From: a virus
Lineage: Duplodnaviria; Caudoviricetes
Length of the DNA: 64,000 nt
Virus record (IMG/VR): IMGVR_UViG_3300021400_000045
Coordinates: 52,013-116,012 of that record
Direction: 5' to 3' (one strand)
Shown: positions 9,629 through 18,500 of the stretch, one piece after another
Layout: every line of letters starts with the position of its first letter
Numbering within the stretch: the stretch's first letter is position 1
The notes under the pieces: generated by a model
Database searches by the model: none
What the model was told of the DNA's origin: nothing
The model's input: only the letters and a program-made list of their open reading frames with translations
Position numbers and translations under genes: made by a program

Positions 9629-10143
9629 TCAAGTTCGAGAAAGTCCCTTTCAATACATTTATTCAGAGCGGCGAAGTAGTCGAGTGGATAGCGCCCGACG
9701 TGCTTGAAGACCAGGAGTTCTGGGTCTCTGCCTATCAGGCCTTCGACCTGCCCACCCGCGCCACCAAAGCCTCTGCCGGTTACGATATCCACACGCCGTT
9801 CGCGTTCACGCTGAAACCTGGCAAGGCGATCACCGTTCCAACCGGCCTGCGTTGCATCATGCCTGAGGACAGAGTCCTGCTCATCGCCCCGCGCTCCGGC
9901 CTTGGCTTCAAGTTCCGCATCGGGCTGGCAAATACTTTAGCCGTGATCGACGCAGACTACGCGAACTCCGACAACTATGGCCACATCATGCTGAAGCTGG
10001 TCAACGACGGCGACAAGCCCGTCTACTTCCGGCGTAACGACCGTATCTGTCAGGGCATCATCGTGCGCTATGACGTGACCGACGATGACACGGCAGACGG
10101 CGTCCGCAACGGCGGCTTCGGCAGTACCGACAACGCCTCATAA
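9625..10143 (+). CDS. dut: Trimeric dUTPase
   Basis: SAGYDI, PRSGLG, VIDADY, RICQ and RNGGFGST motifs. Confidence 0.95.
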   Translation: MIKFEKVPFNTFIQSGEVVEWIAPDVLEDQEFWVSAYQAFDLPTRATKASAGYDIHTPFAFTLKPGKAITVPTGLRCIMPEDRVLLIAPRSGLGFKFRIGLANTLAVIDADYANSDNYGHIMLKLVNDGDKPVYFRRNDRICQGIIVRYDVTDDDTADGVRNGGFGSTDNAS

Positions 10144-10154
10144 GGAGTATATTT

Positions 10155-10925
10155 ATGAACGATATCACCGTATTATGCGCAAATATTCCGGCGCTGTGCT
10201 GCCTGCGCCTAACCTGCACCTATCCTCTGGATACGCTGGGCGGCATCACCAAGCTGGTCGTCACGCGCAGGAACGTGGCAACCGGCACGGACACCATTGT
10301 CATCAACAAGGCCGTCGAGGAGGTCGCCGATCTCATCTTCTCCTATGATGATCTTGAGGTCGTGTCCGGCTGCAAGTACCGCTACACGGTCAACATGCTC
10401 AACGGCAGTCTTGAGGTCATCCAGAGCGGGTTTGCCACCGCCGAGTTCTCCTTCAGCGGTATCTCGCTGGCCGACAGCACCGGCTCCTGGCACACCAATT
10501 TCGGTACCAGCGCCAACCAGTACTCTGAGTCCTACAAGTACACGCGCCCGCTCCAGTACGTCAACACACTGAGTAGCAAGTTCCCGCACCGTGTTTCCAA
10601 CGGCGAGGCGAGCTACGCGGTGGGCTCCTGTAACGGCTGGTGGGTACCCATGACCAAGGACGACTGCGGTTCCCCCGACCTCACTCAGGACGTGGCCGGT
10701 TACCGTGACGCGTTCATCGCGTTCCTGCGCAACGGGCATAACAAGCTCATGCGCACCGGCGACGGCAAGGCCTACATCGTGTCCATCGACAGCGATGTCA
10801 CGGAGAACTGGAGCCCGCGCACCAAGCTCACTACGATCGCTTTTAACTGGACGCAGGTCGGCGAGGTTGACCGGCCTGCCTACACCAACGACACACCCAA
10901 GTGGCAAGGCGAGGTGGGGTTATGA
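10155..10925 (+). CDS. Putative distal-tail-like structural protein
   Basis: Beta-rich. The motif FLRNGHNKLMRTGDGK..IV and a terminal F.WTQVGE resemble Firmicutes phage tail proteins. Confidence 0.45.
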   Translation: MNDITVLCANIPALCCLRLTCTYPLDTLGGITKLVVTRRNVATGTDTIVINKAVEEVADLIFSYDDLEVVSGCKYRYTVNMLNGSLEVIQSGFATAEFSFSGISLADSTGSWHTNFGTSANQYSESYKYTRPLQYVNTLSSKFPHRVSNGEASYAVGSCNGWWVPMTKDDCGSPDLTQDVAGYRDAFIAFLRNGHNKLMRTGDGKAYIVSIDSDVTENWSPRTKLTTIAFNWTQVGEVDRPAYTNDTPKWQGEVGL

Positions 10926-12505
10926 ACGTCACTCAGGACGACATCAACGCTGTCAACCAGCTCGACCACGTCGTCAGGTACAAGCTGGAGCTGCTCGACG
11001 AGTATCTGCTCGTCACCAGCGAAGTGACAGCAAGTGCCAAAGATGTCACTTTCAACATCGACGCTGAGTCCAACATGCGCCGCACCGGCACACTCACCCT
11101 GATCGTCGATGACGCCGACTGGGTCAAGGAAAACTTCGAGCTCGGCTGGATGGACAAGTTCGTCCGTTTTAGCATAGGTCTCCTGTATAACGGCGATTAC
11201 CGCTGGTATGTCCTCGGCACGATGGTCGCGACCTCAGACGCCTTTACCTTTGACGAGACCACCAACGAGCTCCAGCTGACGCTCACCGATATCATGGGCC
11301 TGCTCAACTCCGAGCGCGGCAGTCAGATCGGCTGGCCCGTCAAGGTCACCATGAACTCCGTCATCAAAGAACAGCTCGACGTCACTATCTCCAGATGGTC
11401 TCTCCTAAAGCGCACCGACATCGAGGACTTCCCCGATGTCATCCCTTACGACCAGGAGTTCTCCGAGGGCGTCTACCCATACGACATCCTGAAGAAGATC
11501 CTCGACCTCTTCCCGTGGTACGAGCAGTACTTCGATGTTGACGGTGTCTACCACGCTGGCAAGATCCCGATGCGCTTCAGTGACCCGTGCGTCGTGAATG
11601 CCGCCGACATCAATGACCTGATCATCTCTGAAAAGCGTTCCCTCGACTTCGGCCAGATCAAGAACACCACCGAGATCTGGGGCAAAAGGATCGCGGCCAA
11701 CTATACCTCCCAGACCTGTGAGCTCGACACGACGTCGAACACCTATAAGCTGGGCTTCCTCATGCAGCTCCAGACCGTCGAGCCCAACAAGCGCTACTGC
11801 TTCACACCAGACAAGGTCTCCCCGACCAACCCGACGCTAACCTTCACTGTGGTCGATGAAGATGACGAAACCAAGACGAAAACCGTCACGCTCCCGCTTC
11901 TCGACTCCGACGGCAACGCGCTCCAGGCTGGCGCTCTCGCCGCAGGCTACGCTTATGTCGCCCGATGCGTGGCGACCGTGGTCGACGGCGACATCGTCAA
12001 GAAGATGTACCTGATGGGCATGAAGCAGATCCATGTCATCGTGCGCGAGATGAACGTCCAGCCCACCGCTGAAGTCATCGCCTCCGACAAGCGCCGCAAC
12101 GAGTGCCAGGATATCCGCTACATCATCAACCCAGACAGCCCCTACGCCTGTGACCGCTGGAACAACTCGTCCAACGTCCAAGCCCGCTTCAGTATTGAGA
12201 ACGGCGAGATACGGCAGGTGCTAAAGGACGGCGACTACGCCAGCATCAACACGACCAGCCTTGCCTACCAGCGCGGCGAGTTCGAGAATTACCTGCGCTG
12301 CCGCATGAACACGGCGGTCGAGCTGACCACCATCCTAATCCCGTTTATCGACGTGAACCAGAAGATCGAGTACACATCGCCCACCACTGGCGAGACCCAC
12401 CAGTACATCGTTAAGTCCATTAACATGGACGTGACCCGCTTTACCATGACGATGCAGCTCTCGCGCTTCTACAACTACTACCCCTTCTTCCAGGACGAAG
12501 AGTGA
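10922..12505 (+). CDS. Putative baseplate hub/tail protein (DUF5048-like)
   Basis: IDAESNMRRT, YEQYFDVDG, IKNTTEIWG and IPFIDVNQKIEY, typical of Firmicutes phage hub-like proteins. Confidence 0.55.
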   Translation: MNVTQDDINAVNQLDHVVRYKLELLDEYLLVTSEVTASAKDVTFNIDAESNMRRTGTLTLIVDDADWVKENFELGWMDKFVRFSIGLLYNGDYRWYVLGTMVATSDAFTFDETTNELQLTLTDIMGLLNSERGSQIGWPVKVTMNSVIKEQLDVTISRWSLLKRTDIEDFPDVIPYDQEFSEGVYPYDILKKILDLFPWYEQYFDVDGVYHAGKIPMRFSDPCVVNAADINDLIISEKRSLDFGQIKNTTEIWGKRIAANYTSQTCELDTTSNTYKLGFLMQLQTVEPNKRYCFTPDKVSPTNPTLTFTVVDEDDETKTKTVTLPLLDSDGNALQAGALAAGYAYVARCVATVVDGDIVKKMYLMGMKQIHVIVREMNVQPTAEVIASDKRRNECQDIRYIINPDSPYACDRWNNSSNVQARFSIENGEIRQVLKDGDYASINTTSLAYQRGEFENYLRCRMNTAVELTTILIPFIDVNQKIEYTSPTTGETHQYIVKSINMDVTRFTMTMQLSRFYNYYPFFQDEE

Positions 12506-12507
12506 GT

Positions 12508-12560
12508 AAAAAATAGGGAACCGTTTCAGGCTTCGTGCCCGAAATAGTTCCCTATTTTTT
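12508..12560. terminator. Bidirectional intrinsic terminator
   Basis: Hairpin AAAAATAGGGAAC...GTTCCCTATTTTTT at the point where the two arms converge. Confidence 0.85.
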
Positions 12561-12564
12561 AGCG

Positions 12565-12583
12565 GGTTATTAACAAAACATCA
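12565..12583. repeat. 19-bp direct repeat, left copy (GGTTATTAACAAAACATCA)
   Basis: Identical to 13333-13351. Confidence 0.9.
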
Positions 12584-12624
12584 AAAAAAACAAGAGTCTG
12601 TTACACGTTGTGTGACAGGCTCTT
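12583..12624 (-). terminator. Intrinsic terminator for the small RNA and cassette
   Basis: Minus strand reads AAGAGCCTGTCACAC-AAC-GTGTAACAGACTCTT (two mismatches) followed by G and 8 T. Confidence 0.75.
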
Positions 12625-12625
12625 T

Positions 12626-12698
12626 CAGGATGGGTGGGGTGACATTCCCACATCTCCTAACTAAGGGCGACGGCTGCCTGTTCCGTCCTCCGATCCTG
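12626..12698 (-). ncRNA. Putative 73-nt cloverleaf small RNA
   Basis: Closing stem CAGGAT/ATCCTG encloses three hairpins (GACGG/CCGTC, CCT/AGG, GTGGG/CCCAC). It lies between a consensus promoter and a terminator and has no ORF. Confidence 0.65.
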
Positions 12699-12708
12699 TG
12701 GTAGTCAT

Positions 12709-12737
12709 ATTATAAATTATTATTCTTCTTATGTCAA
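12709..12737 (-). promoter_or_regulatory. Consensus sigma-A/70 promoter TTGACA-N17-TATAAT
   Basis: The -35 box (12737-12732) overlaps the nuclease stop codon; the -10 box is at 12714-12709. Confidence 0.9.
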
Positions 12738-13105
12738 CATATTTTCTTTAGTGTTCCGCTTTTTACATATTGTTCAACGCGTTCTTTCCTTATCACGTAT
12801 AGTGTTCTGGCATAGTACTTATCAGATTTGGTTGCCCGCACAGCTAATTTAACGTACTCGCCATCAACAATTATCTGTTTAATAAATTCTATCGTATTAT
12901 CTCTTCTGTCATAGAAAACATAATCCGGCTCGGAGATTATTAACCCAATCCTGTCACCATATTTTCGGTAATCGTCTGGATGACTTGATAACATATGTTT
13001 GATATTCTGATCTCCGAGATAAATTTTGGGATCGTCTGGCATGTCTATGCCAAGTGCTATCATTATGTTTTGTTCCAATCTCCCAACGACCACTGTACGA
13101 GCCAC
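12734..13105 (-). CDS. PBECR-type (Barnase/EndoU/colicin E5-D/RelE-like) putative RNase
   Basis: IYLG..NIKHM..SHP..Y..Y...I..IISEPDYV pattern and a small alpha/beta size typical of phage BECR-fold nucleases. Confidence 0.6.
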   Translation of the reverse strand: MARTVVVGRLEQNIMIALGIDMPDDPKIYLGDQNIKHMLSSHPDDYRKYGDRIGLIISEPDYVFYDRRDNTIEFIKQIIVDGEYVKLAVRATKSDKYYARTLYVIRKERVEQYVKSGTLKKIC

Positions 13106-13106
13106 C

Positions 13107-13283
13107 TCATGATATGTTCACTTTGATATCGATTTGGATCTTTGTGTCCCCAGCTATTGCCTCTTCCGGCACATCGTACGGCATTGTCTCCATCAAAGCT
13201 TGCGTCAATGTCTTTATTGTTGGAGATGATTTCATTTTATCGAAGTGAATCGCATCACTGTTGCTTTCGATTTCAGGTTTCAT
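13107..13283 (-). CDS. Small acidic protein, 58 aa (MKPEIESNSDAIHF...KVNIS), absent from the ORF track
   Basis: Strong AGGAGGTGG ribosome-binding site, ATG at 13283, and a stop adjoining the GTG start of the nuclease. Confidence 0.7.
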   Translation of the reverse strand: MKPEIESNSDAIHFDKMKSSPTIKTLTQALMETMPYDVPEEAIAGDTKIQIDIKVNIS

Positions 13284-13301
13284 AACACCACCTCCTCTTA
13301 A

Positions 13302-13330
13302 AGTATAGCATATTCCGTCGCAAAAGCCAA
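13302..13330 (-). promoter_or_regulatory. Promoter for the cassette (TTGGCT-N17-TATACT, with extended TG)
   Basis: 17-bp spacer, TGn-TATACT, directly upstream of the ribosome-binding site. Confidence 0.6.
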
Positions 13331-13378
13331 CAGGTTATTAACAAAACATCACCGCGATGGTGCTTTGTTAATGATCTG
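13331..13378. repeat. Long imperfect palindrome containing the right copy of the 19-bp repeat
   Basis: CAGGTTATTAACAAAACATCA-CCGCGA-TGGTGCTTTGTTAATGATCTG. Confidence 0.8.
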
Positions 13379-13449
13379 ACAGTCCAATAACGAGTAAGGT
13401 CTGCGTATTTCTTGATGTAATAATTGGTTACTTTTCTTTACCAAATCTG

Positions 13450-13496
13450 CCTTGGTAAGGATGAGGTCACCGGTTCAAATCCGGTCATCAGCTCCA
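13450..13496 (+). other. attP core: 3' half of tRNA-Thr(GGU), ending CCA
   Basis: CCTTGGTAAGGATGAGGTCACCGGTTCAAATCCGGTCATCAGCTCCA gives the anticodon loop, T arm and acceptor 3' strand. No 5' half lies upstream. Adjacent to the integrase. Confidence 0.85.
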
Positions 13497-13499
13497 CTG

Positions 13500-13528
13500 A
13501 AAACCTGCCGGAAACGGTGGGTTTTTTC
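13500..13528 (+). terminator. Terminator after the tRNA half
   Basis: AAAACCTGCCG-GAAA-CGGTGGGTTTTTT. Confidence 0.75.
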
Positions 13529-13610
13529 TTTGTTTTATACATGTTTTGCCCATATTTTTCCGACTGAGCTACCCAGCAACAGCGCATGTACGATCTGGTT
13601 TGGCCCAAAA

Positions 13611-13710
13611 TGTCACATAAACTGTGCATTTTTCGTGACATCGACCGTATCAAAGTCCCTTATTTCACTGCGGTTTTTGTCGGCGCATCGTGTCACATCG
13701 CGTGTCACAT
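13611..13710. promoter_or_regulatory. Probable integrase arm-type binding sites (TGTCACAT repeats)
   Basis: TGTCACAT at 13611, and tandem CGTGTCACAT at 13689 and 13701, between the core and the integrase gene. Confidence 0.55.
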
Positions 13711-13738
13711 TGATATTCTTTGATCTTTTGACTTTCTT

Positions 13739-14950
13739 TTACCTATAGACACTCGCCACGATATTTCCTGCGGTGTCAATGCCAGCCCGCGTTTCGATAT
13801 AGTGATCCATTGCTGTTGTACTGTACTTGGCATGGCCGAGCATACGCTGTACCAGCTTCTCATCATGCGTGGCGGCATACAGGTCGCTCGCAACTGTTGT
13901 CCTGAACCGGCGCGGTACGATCGTCCCGTCATAGCCGATGTCTTTTGCTATGCGCTTGCGCAGGTGGCATACCTGGGTGTAGCTCATGGGCTTCTCCCCG
14001 CTCACCACAAACTCTTCTGGCTCGCCTTTCCCGATGTACGGCAGTGCTGCCTCAGAGATCGCCATCTCACGCCTGCTTGCCTCAGTCTTCAGCCGCTCTC
14101 TGTATACCGGCCTGACTCTGTCCGGGTGTGTGACCGTGGCCCAGATGCGCATAATAGTCTGATCGCTAGTGCGTACTATGTTCTTGTACTTCAGCCCCAG
14201 GCACTCCTCTGGCCGCAGAGGGTGAAACAGCATGAGTGCAAACCATGTCCTGTCACGCGGGTCTTTCACGCGGTCGATGTTCTGCACAAAGTATTTCATT
14301 TCCTCGACCGAGTACGCGGGCGTCTTCTCCTCCGGCTTCCCGATGATCCTGATACTGCGTGACTTCAGCGGGTTCTTGACCATGTAGTCCATTGATACCG
14401 CGTAATCGAACACCATGTTCATGACATGCTTGAGCTTGTCCTTGGTCGCCTTGGCAACATCGCCCATACTATTGAACAGTTTCTGGACGTCGTCGCTGGT
14501 GATATCCTCTATGTACTTGTCGCCCCACGCCGGGTACATGTAGTATTCCAGCTGACGTTCATTGGTGATAGCGCTGGATCGTGTCAGGTTCGGCTTGTTG
14601 TACGTCTCGAACCAGTCAGACGCGAACTCCTTGAAGTTGTGCTTGTTTTCCTGTATCGGCGCTGTTTGTGGCACTGCGGCATTCTGTCCCAGCTCAAACA
14701 CCTTTTGTAAAAGCGCCTGCTCTGAACTGGCAGTCACCCATATATCGGTTCCCCCGATATTGATGCGCCGCTTAATACGATTTGCCATATCGTTCTCCTT
14801 TAACTCCGGCAAACCGTTACTCGTTATCAGGCTGTCAAGATTCTCTTGGCCCAGAGCCATCTTCTGCAGCACACTCTGGACGACAGCTTGAGTATAAGCG
14901 TTCAGGAAGTCCATGTCAATAGTGGTGTTGGCGATCATATTCTCCATCAT
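13739..14950 (-). CDS. int: Tyrosine integrase
   Basis: LRPEECLGL (catalytic R), LKTEAS, RRFRTT, MLGH and HY motifs; N-terminal core-binding domain. Confidence 0.92.
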   Translation of the reverse strand: MMENMIANTTIDMDFLNAYTQAVVQSVLQKMALGQENLDSLITSNGLPELKENDMANRIKRRINIGGTDIWVTASSEQALLQKVFELGQNAAVPQTAPIQENKHNFKEFASDWFETYNKPNLTRSSAITNERQLEYYMYPAWGDKYIEDITSDDVQKLFNSMGDVAKATKDKLKHVMNMVFDYAVSMDYMVKNPLKSRSIRIIGKPEEKTPAYSVEEMKYFVQNIDRVKDPRDRTWFALMLFHPLRPEECLGLKYKNIVRTSDQTIMRIWATVTHPDRVRPVYRERLKTEASRREMAISEAALPYIGKGEPEEFVVSGEKPMSYTQVCHLRKRIAKDIGYDGTIVPRRFRTTVASDLYAATHDEKLVQRMLGHAKYSTTAMDHYIETRAGIDTAGNIVASVYR

Positions 14951-15025
14951 ATACGTTCTCCTTTATATTTACTTGCGCCTCAGTATTGTGATGTGATACA
15001 ATAATAATGAATAATCATAAGCGAG

Positions 15026-15247
15026 GTGTTCCCTGTGTTAATGCAAAACGTTATTTCATCAAACATTGTAGGCATCGGCTACGATCCAGAAACCATGAGA
15101 CTCGCAATTCGTTTCAGGTCTGGAGAGGTGTATACCTATATGAATGTTCCCCATGAGGTGTATGACGGTATAATGTCAGCCACATCAAAGGGAACATACC
15201 ATGCTCAATACATCAAAAATGTTTATCCGTACAAGCGAGGTGTTTAA
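15026..15247 (+). CDS. KTSC-domain protein
   Basis: SSNI..IGYD....L.I.F.SG..Y.Y..VP..VY..IM.A.SKG.Y...IK..Y signature. Confidence 0.85.
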   Translation: MFPVLMQNVISSNIVGIGYDPETMRLAIRFRSGEVYTYMNVPHEVYDGIMSATSKGTYHAQYIKNVYPYKRGV

Positions 15248-15426
15248 TCAATATTGATCAATACCTGCGCTGGCCCCTCCACAACAAATGTTTTCTGATC
15301 GTAGGGGTTAATAAACTCGCTCGTAACGCCATCGCGCAAGGCAAGCTCTGCGGCAAGCCAGCTCGTCGGATAGTCTTTCAGCATATTGTGTATCTCTAAA
15401 ATATCAGCAGGTTCCACCATATACAT
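15244..15426 (-). CDS. BC1881-like small phage protein
   Basis: T..L..EL..RDGV...I.PY......EGPA.VLINID pattern. Confidence 0.55.
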   Translation of the reverse strand: MYMVEPADILEIHNMLKDYPTSWLAAELALRDGVTSEFINPYDQKTFVVEGPAQVLINID

Positions 15427-15511
15427 CCTCCTTAAATTTACATGATCTACCCGATAGGGTATAAAACCATCGACATCTACAATTCATGTACCCGTTCGGG
15501 AATAAACAAAG

Positions 15512-15548
15512 AAAGCCCACCAGCGAACGCTACTGGTGGGTATTTTTT
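15512..15548. terminator. Terminator at the end of the late operon
   Basis: AAAGCCCACCAG...CTGGTGGGTATTTTT. Confidence 0.7.
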
Positions 15549-15556
15549 AACTCGAC

Positions 15557-18500
15557 TTACGAGCCCTTGGCGTATATCGCTTGCACGAGGTAGCCCGGAA
15601 GCTGTGCGATAATGGCGTCGCCCAGAGACTGAGCGTCGTTCACGCCGTTGAGGATAATGTCACCGATATCAATAGAGATGTCGCCGCCCTGAGTCTGAGA
15701 CAGCAGGTCAGGGATATCAATATTGTTCAGGAGGTTGGTCAGCAGAGCGGAGGTCTCCGTTCCGCGATTGATAGAGTCATAGTACTGGGTAAAGTCGATG
15801 CCCGCCAGCATATCCGTCACGGGGATCAGCTCATTGCCCATCGCGTCATAGATGTTGTTATTGTCTTTCTGCTTCTCAAGGCCGTTGATGACCAGGTCAT
15901 AGATCTGGTTGTTGACGGCATCGGTCGCGTTCTCCATCGCGTCCTCGTCGGCCACATAGTGATAGCCCTGCTGGTTATCATACATGAGCACCTTGCGCTG
16001 GCGAGCGTCTTCGAGGTCATTGAGGGCCTTCATCAGGTTCAGCTGACGCTGATACTCATCATTCTGCTTTTCGAGGATCTCGATCTTCATGTCGATGATG
16101 GCGTCGTTCCACTCTTCCTGACTTGCCTTGATGTTCAGAATCTCGCCGTCGTTGTCCTGAAGCTGTTTGTACAGCTCCTGATACTTTTCGGACAGCGTGT
16201 CGAGACCGGCCATCTGCTCGCGGATCTGCTGGTTCTGCTGTTCGAGGTTCGCGATCTGCTTCATGCCATTGGAGATGAGCATACGGAACTCATTGACCTG
16301 GCCCACACTTCCCTGTGCCTCACGCAGTTTCTGGATGCCCTCGATCTTTTCCTGAAGGTTGTTCAGGTAGTAGATGCTCGTCTCAAGGTTGCCCAGCGTG
16401 ATGTTCTTGACCTCGTCGTTCAGTTCAGACAGGTTGATCTTCGCCTCGCTGATGGTTCTCTTCAGTTCCTCAATCTGCTTGGCATAATTATACCAGTCGT
16501 CACTGCCCGCCTTGATAACGCCGGAGGCGACCTGATCGTCGAGCTCTTTCTGAAGCGTTGACTGCTCCTCGCTCAAGTTATTTATGACTTCTTCCGTCAG
16601 CTTGATCGCATCAAGATAGTCGGTGCGCGTCATCTCCTGACCGTAGGCTTCCTTGACCTCATTCAGTTTGTTATAGGTTTCGATCTGCTGGTTCAGCATA
16701 TCATCGATGTTACCAAAGTAGTTGACGATATTGTCAAGCTTCTGTTTCGACAGGTCGTAGAGCTGGTCTTTCAGTTCTTCGATGGTGTCGCGGCAGGCCA
16801 CAGCTTTCTCCCACCAGTTCTGGTAGGTTGTAATGGCTTTGCGTGTCTTCTCATCGCTGTACTCTTCGATGTCGATCGTGCCCTGCTGAATCTTTCTAAT
16901 GATGTCAGCAGTCAAACCTGCGCGTTGTCCGAACTCCTCTGCCTGCCGTTCATATCTAAGCGCTGCCTTTTCGTTGAGCTCAATTTCAGCGTTCGTGTTA
17001 TTGATGGCGTTGGTCAGTTCACGATTCCGTGCAAGATACCCGACCGCCTTTTCAGCAGACTTGATGTACTCCTGCGTCTTCCGCTTGATCAGGTCGAGCG
17101 CTTTCGGGATCCAGTCAACCAGCTTCTCAGCCCACTTCAGCGCGTTATTAGCTCCGCTACCGGTGCCATTGGAAACGGTCTTGGTCGTCGTGTTGTTCGA
17201 CGGTGTCAAGTTCGTGCCTGTGCCTTGCTTACCGGTATCGTTGGCGTAAGACTGGTTCCTGTCGTTGGCATCATAAATAGTATCTGCTTTCGTGACATTG
17301 ACAGTTGTCTTAGCGGGGGCAAAAACGATTTGTGCAGATTTTTCCTTGTCAGCACCAGCGGCAAGCTGTTGCAAGCGGGTAGACATACCAGTGGCGAACT
17401 TTCTTCCGCCCTTTACCCCGCCGTTCCTGAACGCATCAAATACACGCCCGATGATGCCTCTGCGCTTGATCTTCTTGGTATCCTCGGCGGTGTGTACGAT
17501 ATCACCCTTGTCAAGCTGCGCAAACCTCGGCCCGTTGTCGGTGCCCAGTTCAAACGTCCCACGGCTGACATGCTCGATCAACTCCGCGCCTTCCTCGTCA
17601 ACCAGAGACATGCCGGGTGCGGCGTTACTCGTACCTTCGGCGTTCTTCTGAACGGTGGTCGTTACAGTCTTGTTTGCGACATTATTGATCTTCGACTGCA
17701 TCTGCGTGACGTTGGCATCTACGTTGACTGTGACGGTCTTGCCGTTGACACTATTGACCGCCGACTGTGCAGCCGTCGTGTTGGCTGTGACGGGGATCTC
17801 AATAGGCTTCATGTTCCGAAGCTCGTTGAAACCAGCCAGCAGATCACCAGGGATCTGCATATCAGGGATAGACTGGATGGTGCTTAGCCTCTGGTTGTAC
17901 TGCTTGGCGGCTTCAGGTGTCGTGATAGCGCTTCTGTTATTGAAGTATGCCGCCATGTTTCTGAAGTCTTCATACGGGTTTCCGGTGCTCCAGGCTTGTG
18001 CGCTACCGGTGTCAGCCGTCTTTGACTCTTTTCTTTCCTCTTCAGCGCCTTGCCTTGCCGAGTCACTCATTGCCTTGGCCGCTGTTTCAGACGCGGTCGC
18101 CGCGTCTTTCAGAGCTTTTGCTGTGTCTGTCGGTGTACCGGGAGTTGTGGCTTCAGTCTGCTGTTCGACAGTTACAGGTTCCGGCTGCACCTGCTGTTGC
18201 GCGACAGGCGCTACTACTGTTTCGATAGTCTCTCCGACTTCATCAATTGCTTTTGCTACGGGGTCTGCCGCAGGGGTCGTCGGTTCTTCGGTGCCCTGTT
18301 CTTCGGGTGCTTTCGGTTGCGGCACTGTAGGCGCGGGGCCAGTGGACACCTGGGCACTCGTCTCCGCCTTTTCTGCGGTCTCGCTCAGTGCTTCGGCCAC
18401 ATTCTGTTTAACCTGCGCGGCAATGTCTTCCATCGTGAACTTGGGCGGTTCGCGATCTGTATCAATCGGCTTTTGTGGTGCGTTCTCAGGCTTGCCGCCA

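Noticed and set aside
12626-12698. Canonical tRNA
   Set aside because: No TTC T-loop, no 7-nt anticodon loop and no 3' CCA. Kept as a tRNA-like RNA candidate only.
13420-13496. Complete tRNA-Thr gene
   Set aside because: Only the anticodon loop to CCA is present. The upstream sequence cannot form the D arm or the 5' acceptor strand, so it is treated as attP.
15006-15023. ARG box downstream of the KTSC promoter (ATGAATAATCATAAG)
   Set aside because: Only one half-site matches, in AT-rich DNA; too weak to call.
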